A DNA stretch of 64,000 nucleotides from positions 49,786,001 through 49,850,000 of the forward strand of contig OX597832.1 in NCBI GenBank assembly GCA_951406725.2. The letters run 5' to 3'. The stretch comes from Octopus vulgaris (Eukaryota). A program made the translations under genes and the position numbers. Positions 15,021 to 31,989 of this stretch are shown here, in pieces (position 1 is the first letter of the stretch; each line of letters starts with the position of its first letter). Below the pieces are notes generated by a model. The model made no database searches and was not told the origin of the DNA. It was given only the letters and a program-made list of their open reading frames with translations.

Positions 15021-15759
15021 CTAGAAAAGAAGCAGAAGAGGAAATATGAAAACTTGTGCCAGAGCAATTAAGTTGTTCCTTCAGACACCCCAATGGACCC
15101 AGGGCAGATGAAACCCTTCAGCTCTTTAACTGTTCATCTAAGATAAAGGATAAGGACCCCCTTTGGTCATGAATGGATTAGACAGTTTGACCAGAGCTGG
15201 TAAGCTGGAGAGCTGCACCAGGTTCCAGCCTGATTTGGCTCAGATTCTACAGTTGGATGCCCTTCCTAACACCAACCACTTAACAGTGCCTGCTGAGTGC
15301 TTCTAACATGGCACTAGCACAAGCGCTCCTATGTCGTGTTGGTATCAGTGCTTTTTATGTGGCACTGACATAAGGCTCGTACAAGTCAATCATCTTCATC
15401 ATGGGGAGTGGAATTAACACTTCTGCCATGGTGGGGAGGTCTTAACGAGACCTAGCAATTTAAAACATTCTGCTACATATAAAATTTAATGAAACTGTGA
15501 TAAAAAAAATGAAGGTGCATGTTCTAGTGGAGGTTAGGGTGTTGCAGTGACGATCGGAAAATCGTAATTTCGATTCGTAAACCAGGCAGTGCATTGTGTT
15601 CCTAGAAAAGCACTTTGTTTCATGTTGCTCTAGTTCACTCAGCTGTAAATGAGTAGTCAGCCCTGCAACAGATGGTATTCTGTTCAGATGAGATGTGATC
15701 TTGGACACTTACACCAAGGAAACGGTAACCAACCCTAAAGTCCAACCCCTCCTCAAAGC

Positions 15760-16118
15760 AGTAGGGTGGTGTAAACGGGCAGTGTCAGAGCTATGCCGTC
15801 GGGAACTTCAGTTCCTGGTAGGGCCACCCAAGGCGGATTGGTCTGGCACCAAGCGGTATTAGGGCCGCAGCCTGGCCAACGGGGCTCTGGTGAAAATTCC
15901 AAGAGGTGTCTGATTGGCAACCAGCGGCTTCGAGGTCGTTCTGTCCTGCGTCTGTGGAGACTCTGTGGCAAACAGGGCATCCCATCACTTGGGATATGCA
16001 TGCGGGATGTTGGGGACCGCTTGTGAATTCAATATTCCCACGAAATTTCTATGACCAAAGAAGAAGCCGGCTCAACCCGCCCTGGGTGAACGCCGTCACA
16101 AGTACAAGTAAGTAAGTA
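15760..16118 (+). mobile_element. Short bipartite non-autonomous RTE-derived element
   Basis: GC-rich island. The 5' part GAGCTATGCC..TCCTGGTAGGGCCACCCAAGG resembles RTE 5' UTRs (related segments at 29720-29960 + and 45530-45730 -). The 3' end GCCGGCTCAACCCGCCCTGGGTGAA..(AAGT)n is shared with 41390-41594. Confidence 0.55.
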
Positions 16119-16218
16119 ACCAACCCTGTGAATCTTAGCACTTGAGACAGTAATGTACAGAAGATAATGATGATAACAACAAAGAAGACCAAAGTCAATT
16201 ATAAAAATCAAGTCACAT

Positions 16219-16440
16219 ATGACGGGCTGCTGAAAAGTTCCTGGCTTTGTATAAAAGAAAATGCAAGAGGATCAGTTAATTACGATCTTATTCAACATAT
16301 TCCCCTCACAAGATTCACACACTTATTGCAGTGGTCCTTCAGTTTTTCTAAGCTCTGTAAAAGAACTCAGAGGGTTGGGCCTCCAATCAGGCCTTTCATG
16401 ATACCCTCAAAGCCAGGAACTTTCCAGCACCCTCTTGTGC
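16219..16440. mobile_element. Tc1/mariner-type MITE
   Basis: Terminal inverted repeats GGG.TGCTGAAAAGTTCCTGGCTTT / AAAGCCAGGAACTTTCCAGCACCC. Further copies at about 19636-19851 and 20400-20602. Confidence 0.7.
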
Positions 16441-16666
16441 ATAGTATTTTGTTTCATGTACACAGCGTTCTTGTTTTTTTTATCGACTTCAGATTTGAAT
16501 TCAAAGTTCATAAGAGCAGACTTTCCAATGAAATAAATAATAACCGAAGTGTCAAATTACCTATAATTCTAATCTATTTGATTGGAGGTGAATGACACCA
16601 ACAAAAAATAATTTTTTTTTATTTTAAATTAAAAAGGAAAAAAAAATTCAGAATATAAAATCTTAC

Positions 16667-16749
16667 CGTTTCTGGTCGGTCAAATTGCTGACATTTGGAA
16701 CAAGGTTTATCGTTTTCGGTATCTTCTACCTTTTCAGCTTCTTTAGCAC
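16667..16749 (-). CDS. RSF1: RSF1 coding exon, PHD finger first half
   Basis: CAG acceptor, GTAAGA donor, 83 nt, phase 1 to 0. GAKEAEKVEDTENDKPCSKCQQFDRPET supplies the first CxxC. Confidence 0.92.
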
Positions 16750-17759
16750 CTGAGAATATATGAAATTCTGAACAATTATATTCATTGTTATCGTGGTGTT
16801 TATGTAGTTGTTGGTACATCCCCCCCCCCACCTTTTTTTTTCATACACTTTGACACAATGCCAGTAAGTTTGGGGGAAGTCACATTGACCTCAGTATTCA
16901 ATTGGTACCAATTTTATCGAACCCGAAAGGATGAAAGGCAAAAGATGACCTCAGTGGAATTTGAACTCAGAGTGTCAAGACGGATAAAATGCCGCTAAGC
17001 ATTTTGCCGGCATGCTAACAATTCTGCCAGCTCACCACCCTATGAATATTGGTTTTGCATTTTAGCACAAGGCCTGCAATTTCAGGGCAGTAGGGTAAGT
17101 CAATTACAGCAACTCATACTAATTTTATTGACCCCGAAAGGATAAAAGCAAGGTCATCAACAGAATTTGAACTTTGAATGTGAAGACACGAAATGGCCGC
17201 GAAGCATTTTGCCTGGCGTGCTAATGATTCTGCAGCTTGCCAACCTATGAAAGATGACAATTGGTTTCACATGTAGGCACAAGGCCAGCAATTTCGGGTA
17301 AGGTGTATGTCAATGACATCAACCCCAGAGGTCAACTGGTAGTTATGTTATTTTATCAAGCCCAAAACTATAAAAGCAAAGTAGACTTCAGTGGAATTTG
17401 AACTTTGAATGTGAAGACAGATGAAATACCAGTAAGCATTTTGCCTGGCATGCTAACAATTCTGCCAGCTTGCCGCTCTGTGAAAGGTGAATAAATAAAT
17501 AAATAAATAAATAAGGGAGGGAGGGAGGAAGGAAGGAAGGATGGATGGATGGATAAAGCGTAGGTAGAAACTCCATAAGCTGTACCCAGTGTAAACTATG
17601 GACACATAAGAGGTGCAGCAATATCAAAGGAACGCTAACTGGGAAGATAGACTTTGTGTGTAGCAAATGCTCAGGGCCAATAAACACTGAAAATGTGCAG
17701 AAAACAGCTTCCGTCACATTCCGGGGGGGGGGGGGGGACTACAAGTAGTTGATAGCTTC

Positions 17760-18712
17760 TGTTACCTAGGTGACCAAGTCGGTAGCGAGGGTTGATGCTA
17801 TGTGAGTGTAGCTGCTAGAATAAGAATAGCTTGGGCAAAGTCAGAGAGCTCCTACCTCTGCTGGTGACAAAGGGCCTCTCACTCAGAGTAAAAGGTAGAC
17901 TGTATGACGCATGTCTGCGAACAGCCCTGCTACATGGCAGTGAAACTTGGCTGCTGATGACATGCATAAGCTTGCAAGGAATGAAGTTGGTATGCTCCGC
18001 TGGATGTGTAATGTCAGTGTGCATACACAACAGAGTGTAAGTACCTTGAGAGAAAAGTTGGAAATAAGAAGCATCAGATGTGGTGTTGCTAGACGACTGC
18101 GCTGGTATGGTCATGTGTTGCATATGGATGAAAACAGCTGTATGAAAAAGTGTCACACCCTAGCTGTAGAGGGAACATGTAGAAGAGGTAGACCCAGGAA
18201 GACCTGGGATGAGATGGTGAAGCATGACCTTTGAACGTTGTGCCTCACCAAGGCGATGACAAGTGACCGAGACCTTTGGAAATACGCTGTAGCAAGCCAA
18301 GTGAGACCGTAACTGTCTCCCGTGCCATTACAGCATAATCAGCCCATTTAAGAGTACCCTCCAATCATTGGGCAATAAACTGCACTTGCAAAGACCTGTC
18401 GAGGCAAGTGAAATCGTCGTGGCCAATAGCAGTGCAGTGCCAGCTAACTAGCTCCCATGCCGGTGGCACGTAAAAGGCACAAATTCAAGCATGGTCAATG
18501 CCAGTACTGCCTGACTAGCCCTTGTGCCAGTGGCACGTAAAGAGCACCCATTACACTCTCGGTGTGGTTAACATTAGGAAGGGCATCCAGCTGTAGAAAC
18601 TTTGCCAGATCGGATTGGCGCCTGATGCAGCCTCCTGGCTTGCCAGCCCTCAGTCAAACTGTCCAACCCATACCAACATGGAAAGCGGACGTTAAACAAC
18701 GATGATGATGAT
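17760..18712 (+). mobile_element. RTE-clade LINE, 5'-truncated and frameshifted, with 3' UTR and (GAT)n tail
   Basis: Overlapping ORFs read KGRLYDACLRTALLHGSETW...MLRWMCNVS...RRLRWYGHV...GRPRKTW, the typical RTE ORF C-terminus. The downstream UTR ends GGAAAGCGGACGTTAAAC..(GAT)n. Confidence 0.9.
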
Positions 18713-18752
18713 ACACACACACACACACATATATACATATATATATACACAT

Positions 18753-19153
18753 AGGCGCAGGAGTGGCTGTGTGGTAAGTAGCTCGCTAACCAACCACATG
18801 GTTACGGGTTCAGTCCCACTGCGTGGTATCTTGGGCAAGTGTCTTCTGCTATAGCCCCGGGCCGACCAATGCCTTGTGAGTGGATTTAGTAGACGGAAAC
18901 TAAAAGAAGCCTGTCGTATATATGTATGTATATATATATGTGTATGTGTGTGTTTATGTTTGTTCCCCTAGCATTGCTTGACAACCAATGCTGGTGTGTT
19001 TACGTCCCCGTCACTTATCGGTTCAGCAAAAAAAGACCGATAGAATAAGTACTGGGCTTACAAAGAATAAGTCCCGGGGTCGATTTGCTCGACTAAAGGC
19101 GGTGCTCCAGCATGGCCGCAGTCAAATGACTGAAACAAGTAAAAGAGTAAAAG
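18753..19153 (+). mobile_element. tRNA-derived SINE family A, full length
   Basis: A-box TGGCTGTGTGG, B-box-like GGTTCAGTCCC, CORE-like CTTGGGCAAGT, internal TA/TG microsatellite and an AGTAAAAG tail. Other + copies at about 12927-13317, 37746-38143, 47793-48266, 49550-49960, 54652-55047, 55316-55700, 56191-56614, 60423-60826 and 60855-61250. Confidence 0.88.
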
Positions 19154-19179
19154 ACATATATATATATATATATACAGAC

Positions 19180-19582
19180 CTGATCGTGCTGCAGCTCTCC
19201 GAGCATTTCTGCCCTTTGGTAGCAGGAACTCTTCGTCACTCGTGTCGTCCTCATTGGTCTCTTCCGATTTGCATTCATCGCTGGAAGTGCCAAGGCAGAG
19301 CAACTTGTTCTTGGTACCAACCGGACGGCGTACGCGAGTACTCCTACGGAGCAGTTCTCCAACGAACAGCTCCTCTTCCTCGTCGTCATCTTCTTCTTCC
19401 TCTTCTTCCTCCGTTTTGTCCGACACCCACTTGTCAGACTCGACGGAGCTGCTGCGCTTCTTGCCCTGCTTCTTGCCCTTGACTGAAACTGCAACGGCAC
19501 CTCGCCCTTGCTTGCCACGCCCGTTGGATGAGTACCGTCCTGTCAGACAAGCCTCGTAGTCACCATCATCGTAGTCTTTTTT
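19180..19582 (-). CDS. RSF1: RSF1 coding exon (acidic/basic linker)
   Basis: CAG acceptor, CAG/GTCTGT donor, 403 nt, phase 0 to 1. Open throughout: KKDYDDGDYEACLTGR...EEEEEEDDDEEEE...RRSTRVRR...RRAAARS. Confidence 0.85.
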
Positions 19583-19885
19583 CTGAAGAATACGAAAGAA
19601 GATTCAGTCACAACAGCTTATAACATACAGTCATATACAAGGGTGTGGTGAAAAGTTCTTGGCTTTGGGTAAAAGAAAATACAGGAGGATCAGTTAATTA
19701 TTCAACATATTCCCTTCTCGGAGTCACACACTTAAATTGGCAATGGTCTGCCAAATTTTCTAAGCCATGTAAAAGAACTCAGAAGGTTGGGTCTCTAACT
19801 AGGCCATTCAGGATACACTTAAAACCAGGAACTCTTCAGAACCCCCTCATATTTGTATACATATATCTGTTTATAAATATACATA

Positions 19886-19963
<78 letters not shown>

Positions 19964-20126
19964 GTATATATATATATATATATAACCTGTAGTGGAGAAC
20001 AGTCAACACGTGCTAAGGCTGACCAAAGAATTTTATTTTTAGATATATCTGGGGTACTTATATGTACTCATGATTTTTTCTTCGGCTTTTTTCCAATGGC
20101 GCATGTAAGTATCTTATTTATATCCT

Positions 20127-20202
20127 TTCGTATGTTCTACTGAAGAGGAAAGAATCTTTTATGAGATTAATTCCGAAATTGATTCAATATAGAAATAACG
20201 AA
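20127..20202 (+). ncRNA. Type I hammerhead ribozyme motif
   Basis: Stem I TTCTA/TAGAA extended by TTCGT/ACGAA across an internal loop; core CTGAAGA; stem II GGAA..AATCT/AGATT..TTCC; GAA; stem III ATTG/CAAT; AUA cleavage triplet ending at 20189. Confidence 0.8.
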
Positions 20203-20357
20203 CTTTTTTTAAAAATTCTATCGGCTGGCTTTCCCCGATTTCAGTTCTTCGTGTTTTTTTCTGTAGCGAGTAAATAATATGTGGAAATTGACGATTTAAA
20301 AGTCTGTTATCAACATATTGGCATTGAAATAATTTTCTTTAGCCCTCATTTATAAGT

Positions 20358-20402
<45 letters not shown>

Positions 20403-21215
20403 GATGAGCAGCTGAAAAGTTCTTTTCTTTGGGTAAAAGAAAATACAAGAAGATCAGTTAATTATGATTTTATTCAACATATTCCCCTCTCAGATTCACA
20501 CACCTTTTTCAGTTTTTGTAAGCCCTGTAAAAGAACTTGGAAGGTTGGGAATCCAACCAGGTCTTTCCCAATACCCTTAAAGTCATGAACCCCACTTCAT
20601 ACAAACACACATGCACATACAAGTTGACACATACAAATAGAGAGAAAGAGAGAGAGAGAGAGAGCAGCAGCAGCAGCACCACCACTAGTGCTGGTTTATT
20701 TATATCCCTGTGACTTAGCAGTTCAGCAAAAGAGACCAATAGAACAAGAACCTAGTTTGACAAGAAAAGAACTTTTTTAAACTCCGCCTTTAGTCAAGCA
20801 AATCGACCCCGGGACTTATTCTTTGTAAGCCTAGTACTTATTCTATCGGTCTCTTTTGCCAAACCGCTAAGTAACAGGGACGTAAACACACCAGCATCAG
20901 TTGTCAAGCAATGCTAGGGGGACAAACACAGGCACACAAACTCACACACACATACAAACATATATATACATATACATGACAGGCTTCTTTCAGTTTCCGT
21001 CTACCAAATCCACTCACAAGGCATTGGTCAGCCCGAGGCTATAGCAGAAGACACTTGCCCAAGATGCCACGCAGTGGGACTGAACCATGTGGTTGGTAAA
21101 CAAGCTACTTATCACACAGCCACTCCTGCGCTTGATCGCAGTCCAGTGACAAAAAGAAGTAAAAAAAAAAAAAATAGATAAAATAAAAAAAGAGCTAGAA
21201 TATTGCAACACCTAC

Positions 21216-25318
<4,103 letters not shown>

Positions 25319-26486
25319 CTGAAATGAAAAACAAATTTTTTAAAAATTAATTATGCATATGCAAATGTGAATATATATAAATACAAACACACACACACAC
25401 ACACACATATATACATTGGCTTTTAGTAGGATGAATGAGAGAGGAATGCTCATTATTGTCGGGAAAGATATGGGTTTTTATTGAAACTCGAGTCACGAGA
25501 CTAACTCTGTTTCAGTTTCAATAAATATAGTGTGTGTGTGTGTGTGATGCATGTAGGGGAAAAAATCCAAATTGTGTACTCTTGAAGCACATCTGGCTAT
25601 CCCAGTATTACAATCCAGTATGTAGTTGTTGTTGTTGTTGTATTGATGTTAGGGTACATATTAGAGTTGAAAATTCTGGAAATATTGCTTGATATTTTTT
25701 ACAGCATTACACATGTTTCATTTGCTAATAGTAGTTACAAAAAGAAGAAACATGTAAGAAATTGTAACGTGTGTGTGTGTGTGTGTCAGAGGCAACGTGA
25801 TGTGAACATTAAGCTGCTTTTGACACAAAATTTTGAATATATATATATATATATATATTCAAGCTTAATGTGAACATTACATTATCAATATCTCCTATTT
25901 AATGCATTTTGTGTAGTTAAATGCTTATTTCATCTAAGGGAAGCTCCTTTAAAGATGTGTAGTGTTAAAAAACACAGTATACTTCAAAGCCATGCAAAAC
26001 AAAATTACCCCAGAAGTGGACAAAAGTAACAGACACTGATATTTAGCAGTTTTTTTCTGCTCTTCAATGCCTCTGGTACCAAAATGTACAGTCACCAAAA
26101 CAAATTAAATGTCTAGTCAGCTGTGCCTAATTGACAAATGCACGCACAGAAAAGACATACACATGCAGATAGAGAGAGACAAAGATATAAACACAATTTG
26201 ATGATGAGAGAGAGAGAGATTAAGACCATCTGATGTCAAATAAGTTGGCATCGAATCAGCAATTCCAAACAGGCAGCACCAAAATGGCTCTTACTCATAA
26301 AACCTGTGAATTCCCATACTGGACACCCAAAGGAAGTGATTGTGCAACTAGCAAATCTAATCACAAGAAGGGTCAGTAATGATCCTAGAAAAAAGGGGTA
26401 TCGGAACTTGCCCTGGATCTGTCTGAAGCCATGTATCTTACTATGGCTGAATCATTCTCACACAAAAGCAGAGAGTAATTCTATTA

Positions 26487-26687
26487 CAGTGGTTTTCAAC
26501 CAGGGTTCCGCCAGTACAGTCCAGGGGTTCTGCAAGAAGTTACAAAACTGCTAAAATCGGCAGTAATTTTTAATTCTCCTGTGCAGATATGTGTGCATAA
26601 GACTATTAAATTATTGCACAGGGGTTCCTCGAGCCAGTGGAATGTTTCCTTGGGGTTCCGCTCCAGCAAGAAGTTTGAAAAGCACTG
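26487..26687. mobile_element. hAT-type MITE
   Basis: CAGTGGTTTTCAA...TTGAAAAGCACTG TIRs with a perfect 8-bp TSD TTCTATTA. Confidence 0.8.
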
Positions 26688-26735
26688 TTCTATTACAAAA
26701 TAATTTGGTTGAATATGGAACTATATGACACTTAC

Positions 26736-26863
26736 GTTTCACCTGAGATTCAGAAGTTTCCATTTCTTTGGTTCCATCTTTATTGTCAGTTTCAGTCTGT
26801 TCTTTATTGGAATTTATCTCAGAATCCAAGATAGCAACCAAACCAGCAAGATCATCGCGATCC
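26736..26863 (-). CDS. RSF1: RSF1 coding exon
   Basis: CAG acceptor, GTAAGT donor, 128 nt, phase 2 to 1. (K)DRDDLAGLVAILDSEINSNKEQTETDNKDGTKEMETSESQVK; phases fit both neighbouring exons. Confidence 0.88.
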
Positions 26864-28778
26864 CTGTTAAAAGAAAGCAGTAACAAGTGACAGTGTATCA
26901 TCATGTAGCAGAGGATCAAATTACTTCATAACTTAAGCTTATGGGACGCTGAGGAAATATTGCACTTTATAAATTTTGTTGTTTCTATTTTTAGCACATT
27001 AATTTATTGATCTTTCTAGCTTTGTTTCATTACGTTGAAAACTTTTTCTTTGAATTTGTTCCATTGATAAGGCATTTTTTTTTATAGAATAATATTCAAA
27101 TACACAAACAAAAATAATATGATAGATACACCATAATCTCTATATATATAAACGGCAAAATGTCTGTCTGTGTGTGTGTGTGTGTCCTTTATACAAATCC
27201 ACAATTTTTCAGTTAGAGGGCTCGCACTTTCTATGGCCATTTAAAACCGTCCAAGGGTGGTCGTGCACATCTTTACATTTCCCCAGTCACCCCGCAAAGC
27301 CATTAAAAAATCAATAGGAGTGACTTTTTTGTGAATTTTCTATCCAAAACCCAATCAAAATGCCCGAAACTTTATACACCAATTGAATGCCAGCTAGCTG
27401 TATGTGATTGGTCGCAGATTTGGACAGTACTCACGTGTATGTGTGCACACACGCAGCTGTATATGCATGCACTAGCACTAATTATGAAGATAAGCATGAT
27501 GTGCATGTGCGTACATATGTGCATGTGTGTGAATGTGTACATACATGCAAGTCTATATACATGTATGTGTGTGTATGTATGCTTGCATACATATATGTAG
27601 ATGTCTTCTTCAATCTCTCTCCCTCTGTCCACTAGAATCTTCAGTAGTGAGCTGCCTTAACGGCTCTAATGGATCACCAAGGACTGGTAGAGTAATTTTC
27701 TCATTGAGATAGTGACATTGTTGTCTCTTGCTCCCATTTCTTAGCCAAGCACTTGTCAGAAATTTTGGACACAATACCAATTGAAACTATTTTTCCCAGA
27801 AGTATAGTTGAGTCCTGTCCAGGACCATAGCCGAGGCATAGATTGATACAGGACACCAAGCGGCTTTACAGTGAGTTATGCAACAGCACATGAACACAAC
27901 ACAAGCCTAAGATATGTTTTAAGGATTATGTTTGTTCTTTTCCAACTGCTTTCAATATCTCAAAAGAAAACTAGAAATTTACGGGTTGTAACAGAGATCA
28001 ATTAGAGAGAGATCAATAACTTTGGACTTAGTTTAATTTTAGGATCATAAGTTACAATATCATCATCATCATTTAGCGTCTGCTTTCCATGCTAGCATGG
28101 GTTGTACGGTTCAACTGGGGTCTGGGAAGACAGAAGGCTGCACCAGGCCCAGTCTGATCTGGCAGTGTTTCTACGGCTGGATGCCCTTCCTAACGCCAAC
28201 TACTCCGTGAGTGTAGTGGGTGCTTTTTACGTGCCAGACGGGGCTGGCAAACGGCCACGGTCGAATGGTGCTTTTTACATGCCACCGGCACGGGGGCCAG
28301 GCGAGGCTGGCGATGGCCACGATCGGATGGTGCTTTTTACGTACCAAGCTACCAGAAAGAGAAAAGTAATTGAGGAAAATCCACTTCACTATAACTCTGC
28401 CTTCACTTGTTTTGGTATGTCACTTCATTTGTTTTTCACAGGCCAGTCTTTTCGGTCACGCAGGGAGACTAAATTCATAGTCTCACCTTGATAAATGTAC
28501 GCATGCAGAGTGTCTCATTGTGAGGAATAAAATACTTCAATTTGTGTGGTTAGGGAGCTTGCTTCCTAGCTATATGGTTTCGGGTTCACACCCACTGTGT
28601 GGCACTTTGGGCAGGCGTCTTCTGCTATAGCCCCGAGCCGACCGAAGCTTTGTGATTGAATTCGGTAGGCGGAAGTTACTGCCGTGTGTGTATATGTGCG
28701 TGTAGGTGCTTGTGCCTCTCCGAAAGAGAGAGAGAGAGGGAATTATAAATGATTAAAAATAGGAAATTGGGTCCTTAC

Positions 28779-28861
28779 TTGCATATGACTCGCCAGACTT
28801 CATCCTCTTCTTTTATGGTTGGGTGATCTTCGCGATAAATACGCAGATTTAAATCTTTGTC
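28779..28861 (-). CDS. RSF1: RSF1 coding exon (WHIM3/WSD-like)
   Basis: CAG acceptor, GTAAGG donor, 83 nt, phase 0 to 2. DKDLNLRIYREDHPTIKEEDEVWRVIC. Confidence 0.9.
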
Positions 28862-30240
28862 CTGGGTAGCAGAAAGAGAAAGATGTATAGAGCAAATGAA
28901 AAACAATAAAGTGGTTGGCATTAGGACAGGCATCCAACCGTAGAAACCATACTACAACAGACAATTGGAGCCTGTCCACTCCATGTCAAACCACTCAACA
29001 CATACCAGCATGAAAAACAGATATTCAATGACTAATTATAATTTCTAACATAGACAATAAATTAGCAGGAAGATGGTGATGAACACCATCAATCAATCAC
29101 AAATATGGCTGGTACACATTTTATCAACTTCTCCCACCGTCCACTCAAATGGATGATAAGCAAAGATGACACTAGTGGAATCTGAAGTCAGAACAAAAAA
29201 AATGCAACCAAATATGGTAAGGTTAAAGCATTTTGTCTGTTGCTCCACTGGTTCTGTTAATCCATCAATGAAACTAGAAATAATAAAGGGTTATCAAAAG
29301 AAAGGAAATCAGAGTTAAGCTCTGGACCAATGGAACTTAAGGTTCTATGTTCATGAAAGGATTAACCAACATCATCGTCATCACCATTTAACGTCCGTTT
29401 TCCATGCTAGCATGGGTTGGACGGTTTTGACTGAGGGCTGGCAACACCAGGCTCCAGTCTTGATCTGGCAGAGTTTCTACAGCTGGATGCCCTTCTTAAC
29501 GCCAACCACTCCGAGAGTGTAGTGGGTGCTTTTTATGTGCCACCTGCACGGGGGCCAGTCAGGCGGTACTGGCAATGACCTCACTCAAATCTTTTTACAC
29601 GTGCCACCAACACAGGTGCCAGTGAAGCAACATTGGTAACAATCACGTTTGAATGGTGCCCATTTACATATGCAGTAAAAACAAGATTGTGGTTAAATAT
29701 AGATCCTTGGTTGTGGCAGAGTGACTTGTGTGCCTCAATGACCCTGGGAGCCATGACACGGGAGCACAAGTTCCTGGCAAGGCCTCCCATGCTAGGCAGG
29801 TCAAACGATACAAGCCAGGCTAATGTGGACCACCTCTTTCCAGAAGCAAAAATGGGTTTGTGTAGAGCCAACACCTCTTTCTAGAAAAGGCAAAGTTACA
29901 GAACCCTTGATGACAATTCAAAACCAACAAGGCCTAGGAGAGGAAGGCCTTCCCTCAGGGAGCAGAAAAGACATCACATTGATAACAATGGAGAAAAGTT
30001 ATCAATTGCCTATGCTCCATAGGGAGCAAAAGGATTGAGTAAGTATGTAGGGATCCTTTAGACTTGTCAATATGGATCTATTGTTTTGAGTTTTGCACAG
30101 TCAATGATTAAAGCGATGCCTGCACTTATAATTTACATTACAGAGAAATGATCACAAATTGAAGGTGGTGTGGAGGGATAAACAAAGAACAAAAGTAGTG
30201 CCTGAAAAAACAAAAAATGAGTCAAGTACATTCTACTTAC

Positions 30241-30369
30241 AATTAAATACCAATAGGAGCCTCCATTTATATCTCGACCAAGAGGTTGGCAGCGGAGCTG
30301 ATTAGGTTCATAATCACTGATCTTTTCACGAAACTTCAAGTTCAAATCAAACTGAGTTTCTAGCAGATT
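30241..30369 (-). CDS. RSF1: RSF1 coding exon (WHIM1/WHIM2-like, PLGRD motif)
   Basis: CAG acceptor, GTAAGT donor, 129 nt. NLLETQFDLNLKFREKISDYEPNQLRCQPLGRDINGGSYWYLI contains the QFDxNxKF and RxQPxGRDxxGxxYWY motifs. Confidence 0.93.
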
Positions 30370-30729
30370 CTGTCAATTGTTAAATATAGAAATATGTATA
30401 AATAATGTGTATGTGTATATATATATATATACATACATATATACATATATATATATAAAGAGGTAAATAAAAAATCATTATTCATAAAACTTTATGCAAA
30501 ACTGATGAAAAATATACCGCTGATCATATCTATTGTTCATTTAAGTCTTTTGTGATCATATCAGGTTGAATAAAAAGTAAGCAACATTTTGAACCATGAA
30601 GAATTTGTACCAAACTTTTGCAGAGTTTTGAATTTTTTTTTTGCAATTGTCTGATAATATAAACATAGATGTACCCAAATGCATCAATAAATTAACATTG
30701 ATATTTTTTTCGCCATTGTTACAATCATC

Positions 30730-31015
30730 TGAAATAGAACTGTCAAAGCACGATATTCGAGCAATTTTGCTATTCAACTTCATAAAAGGATGTAAAGCAA
30801 CTGAAATTGCTTGCAATATCAATGAAATGTTTGGTGAGGAAATGACTAGCAAGTGGTCATCTCGAAAAGGGTTTAAATGATTTCACAGTGGAGGCCTGAG
30901 CCTTGAAAATCGTGAGTGTAGTGGACGCTCATCTGTCATCAAGAAACAACTTGAGAACTGGCAAAAGTTAGCCAGAAAACTGCCTGCAACCATTTGCATG
31001 CAATCGGAAAATCTA
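30730..31015 (+). mobile_element. Mariner transposase relic (N-terminal HTH region)
   Basis: IRAILLFNFIKGCKATEIACNINEMFGEE..KGFK*FHSGGLSLENRECSGRS resembles the mariner paired-like HTH; in-frame stop and deletions. Confidence 0.8.
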
Positions 31016-31554
31016 TTGTTTGAAATGTAGAAGAGACTTTTAAATAAAATCATGATGGAAAGTCTTAAGATACAAACACTTTAAACTAGAAAATACCCAG
31101 TTTCGCATCAAAAAAGGTTAAAATTACATTTCATATTTTTGTCTTGTGCACAAAAAATTCTGTAATTAGTAAGATGGTCGTTTTTTTTTTTTGGATTATT
31201 AATCCTATTTTTAAAATATATAAAAAAAACTTAAATGTAGATATAAATATCTTTTTTTCCCACCTCTTAAGAATGGAAATAAATAACTTTAACCTTTTCA
31301 CACTTAAACCAGTCATAGCCTAAATATTCTACCTGTTTTATGTTCAAATTGGCCAGATCCAGCCTCTCACACCTACCCTACATTGTCATTTTAAAAATAA
31401 ACATAAACAATCACGTCATAGAAACCTCAAAGCTATGAAATAATGCATGATTAATTCATGAATAAATAAGCATTACGTTTAACAGAGAAATCTGAACGCT
31501 AAAGGATTAAAACATTATCTTATTAGGAACTTATCTGAAACATTTAGTATATTG

Positions 31555-31989
31555 GCGTTCTTGGTCTCAAGCATTTGTCTTATGAAGAAAGCCTGAAGAC
31601 GCTCGACCTTTATTCTCTAGAAAAACGACGCCGTGGTGATCCCATTCTTGCTCACAACATCATAAGCGGAAAGTGTAACCTCTCGAAAGAGCTGTTCTTC
31701 ACTCTTGCTCCAGAGCGTCGGCTGCGGGGTCACTCCGAAAAGCTCTATCTGCGACAATTTCATCTCAATCGAAGGAGAGGGGCTTTCTCCGTCCGGGTTG
31801 CAGATCCGTGGAATAAGCTGCCAGACGAGATAGTGAAGATGCCGACGACCGCTCAGTTCAAAGTCTCTCTTGGCCAGAAATGGCCTGAACTCATTGCATG
31901 AACACCCTCCCTGTACATAACTCCACGTCCCCCTACATGGCCGTGCTTTTTGCTTTTTGAGCCAAAAAATTAACTTAACTTTAACTAAG
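31555..31989 (+). mobile_element. CR1-clade LINE 3' fragment
   Basis: ORF reads LDLYSLEKRRRGD...LRGHSEKL...FSVRVADPWNKLP, a CR1 ORF2 C-terminal signature; TAAC-like tail. A second 3' tip lies on the minus strand at about 44908-45007. Confidence 0.88.

Noticed and set aside
26741-26742. Alternative CAG/GTGAAA donor in the 26736-26863 exon
   Set aside because: Gives phase 0, incompatible with the phase 1 start of the giant exon; the GTAAGT donor fits.
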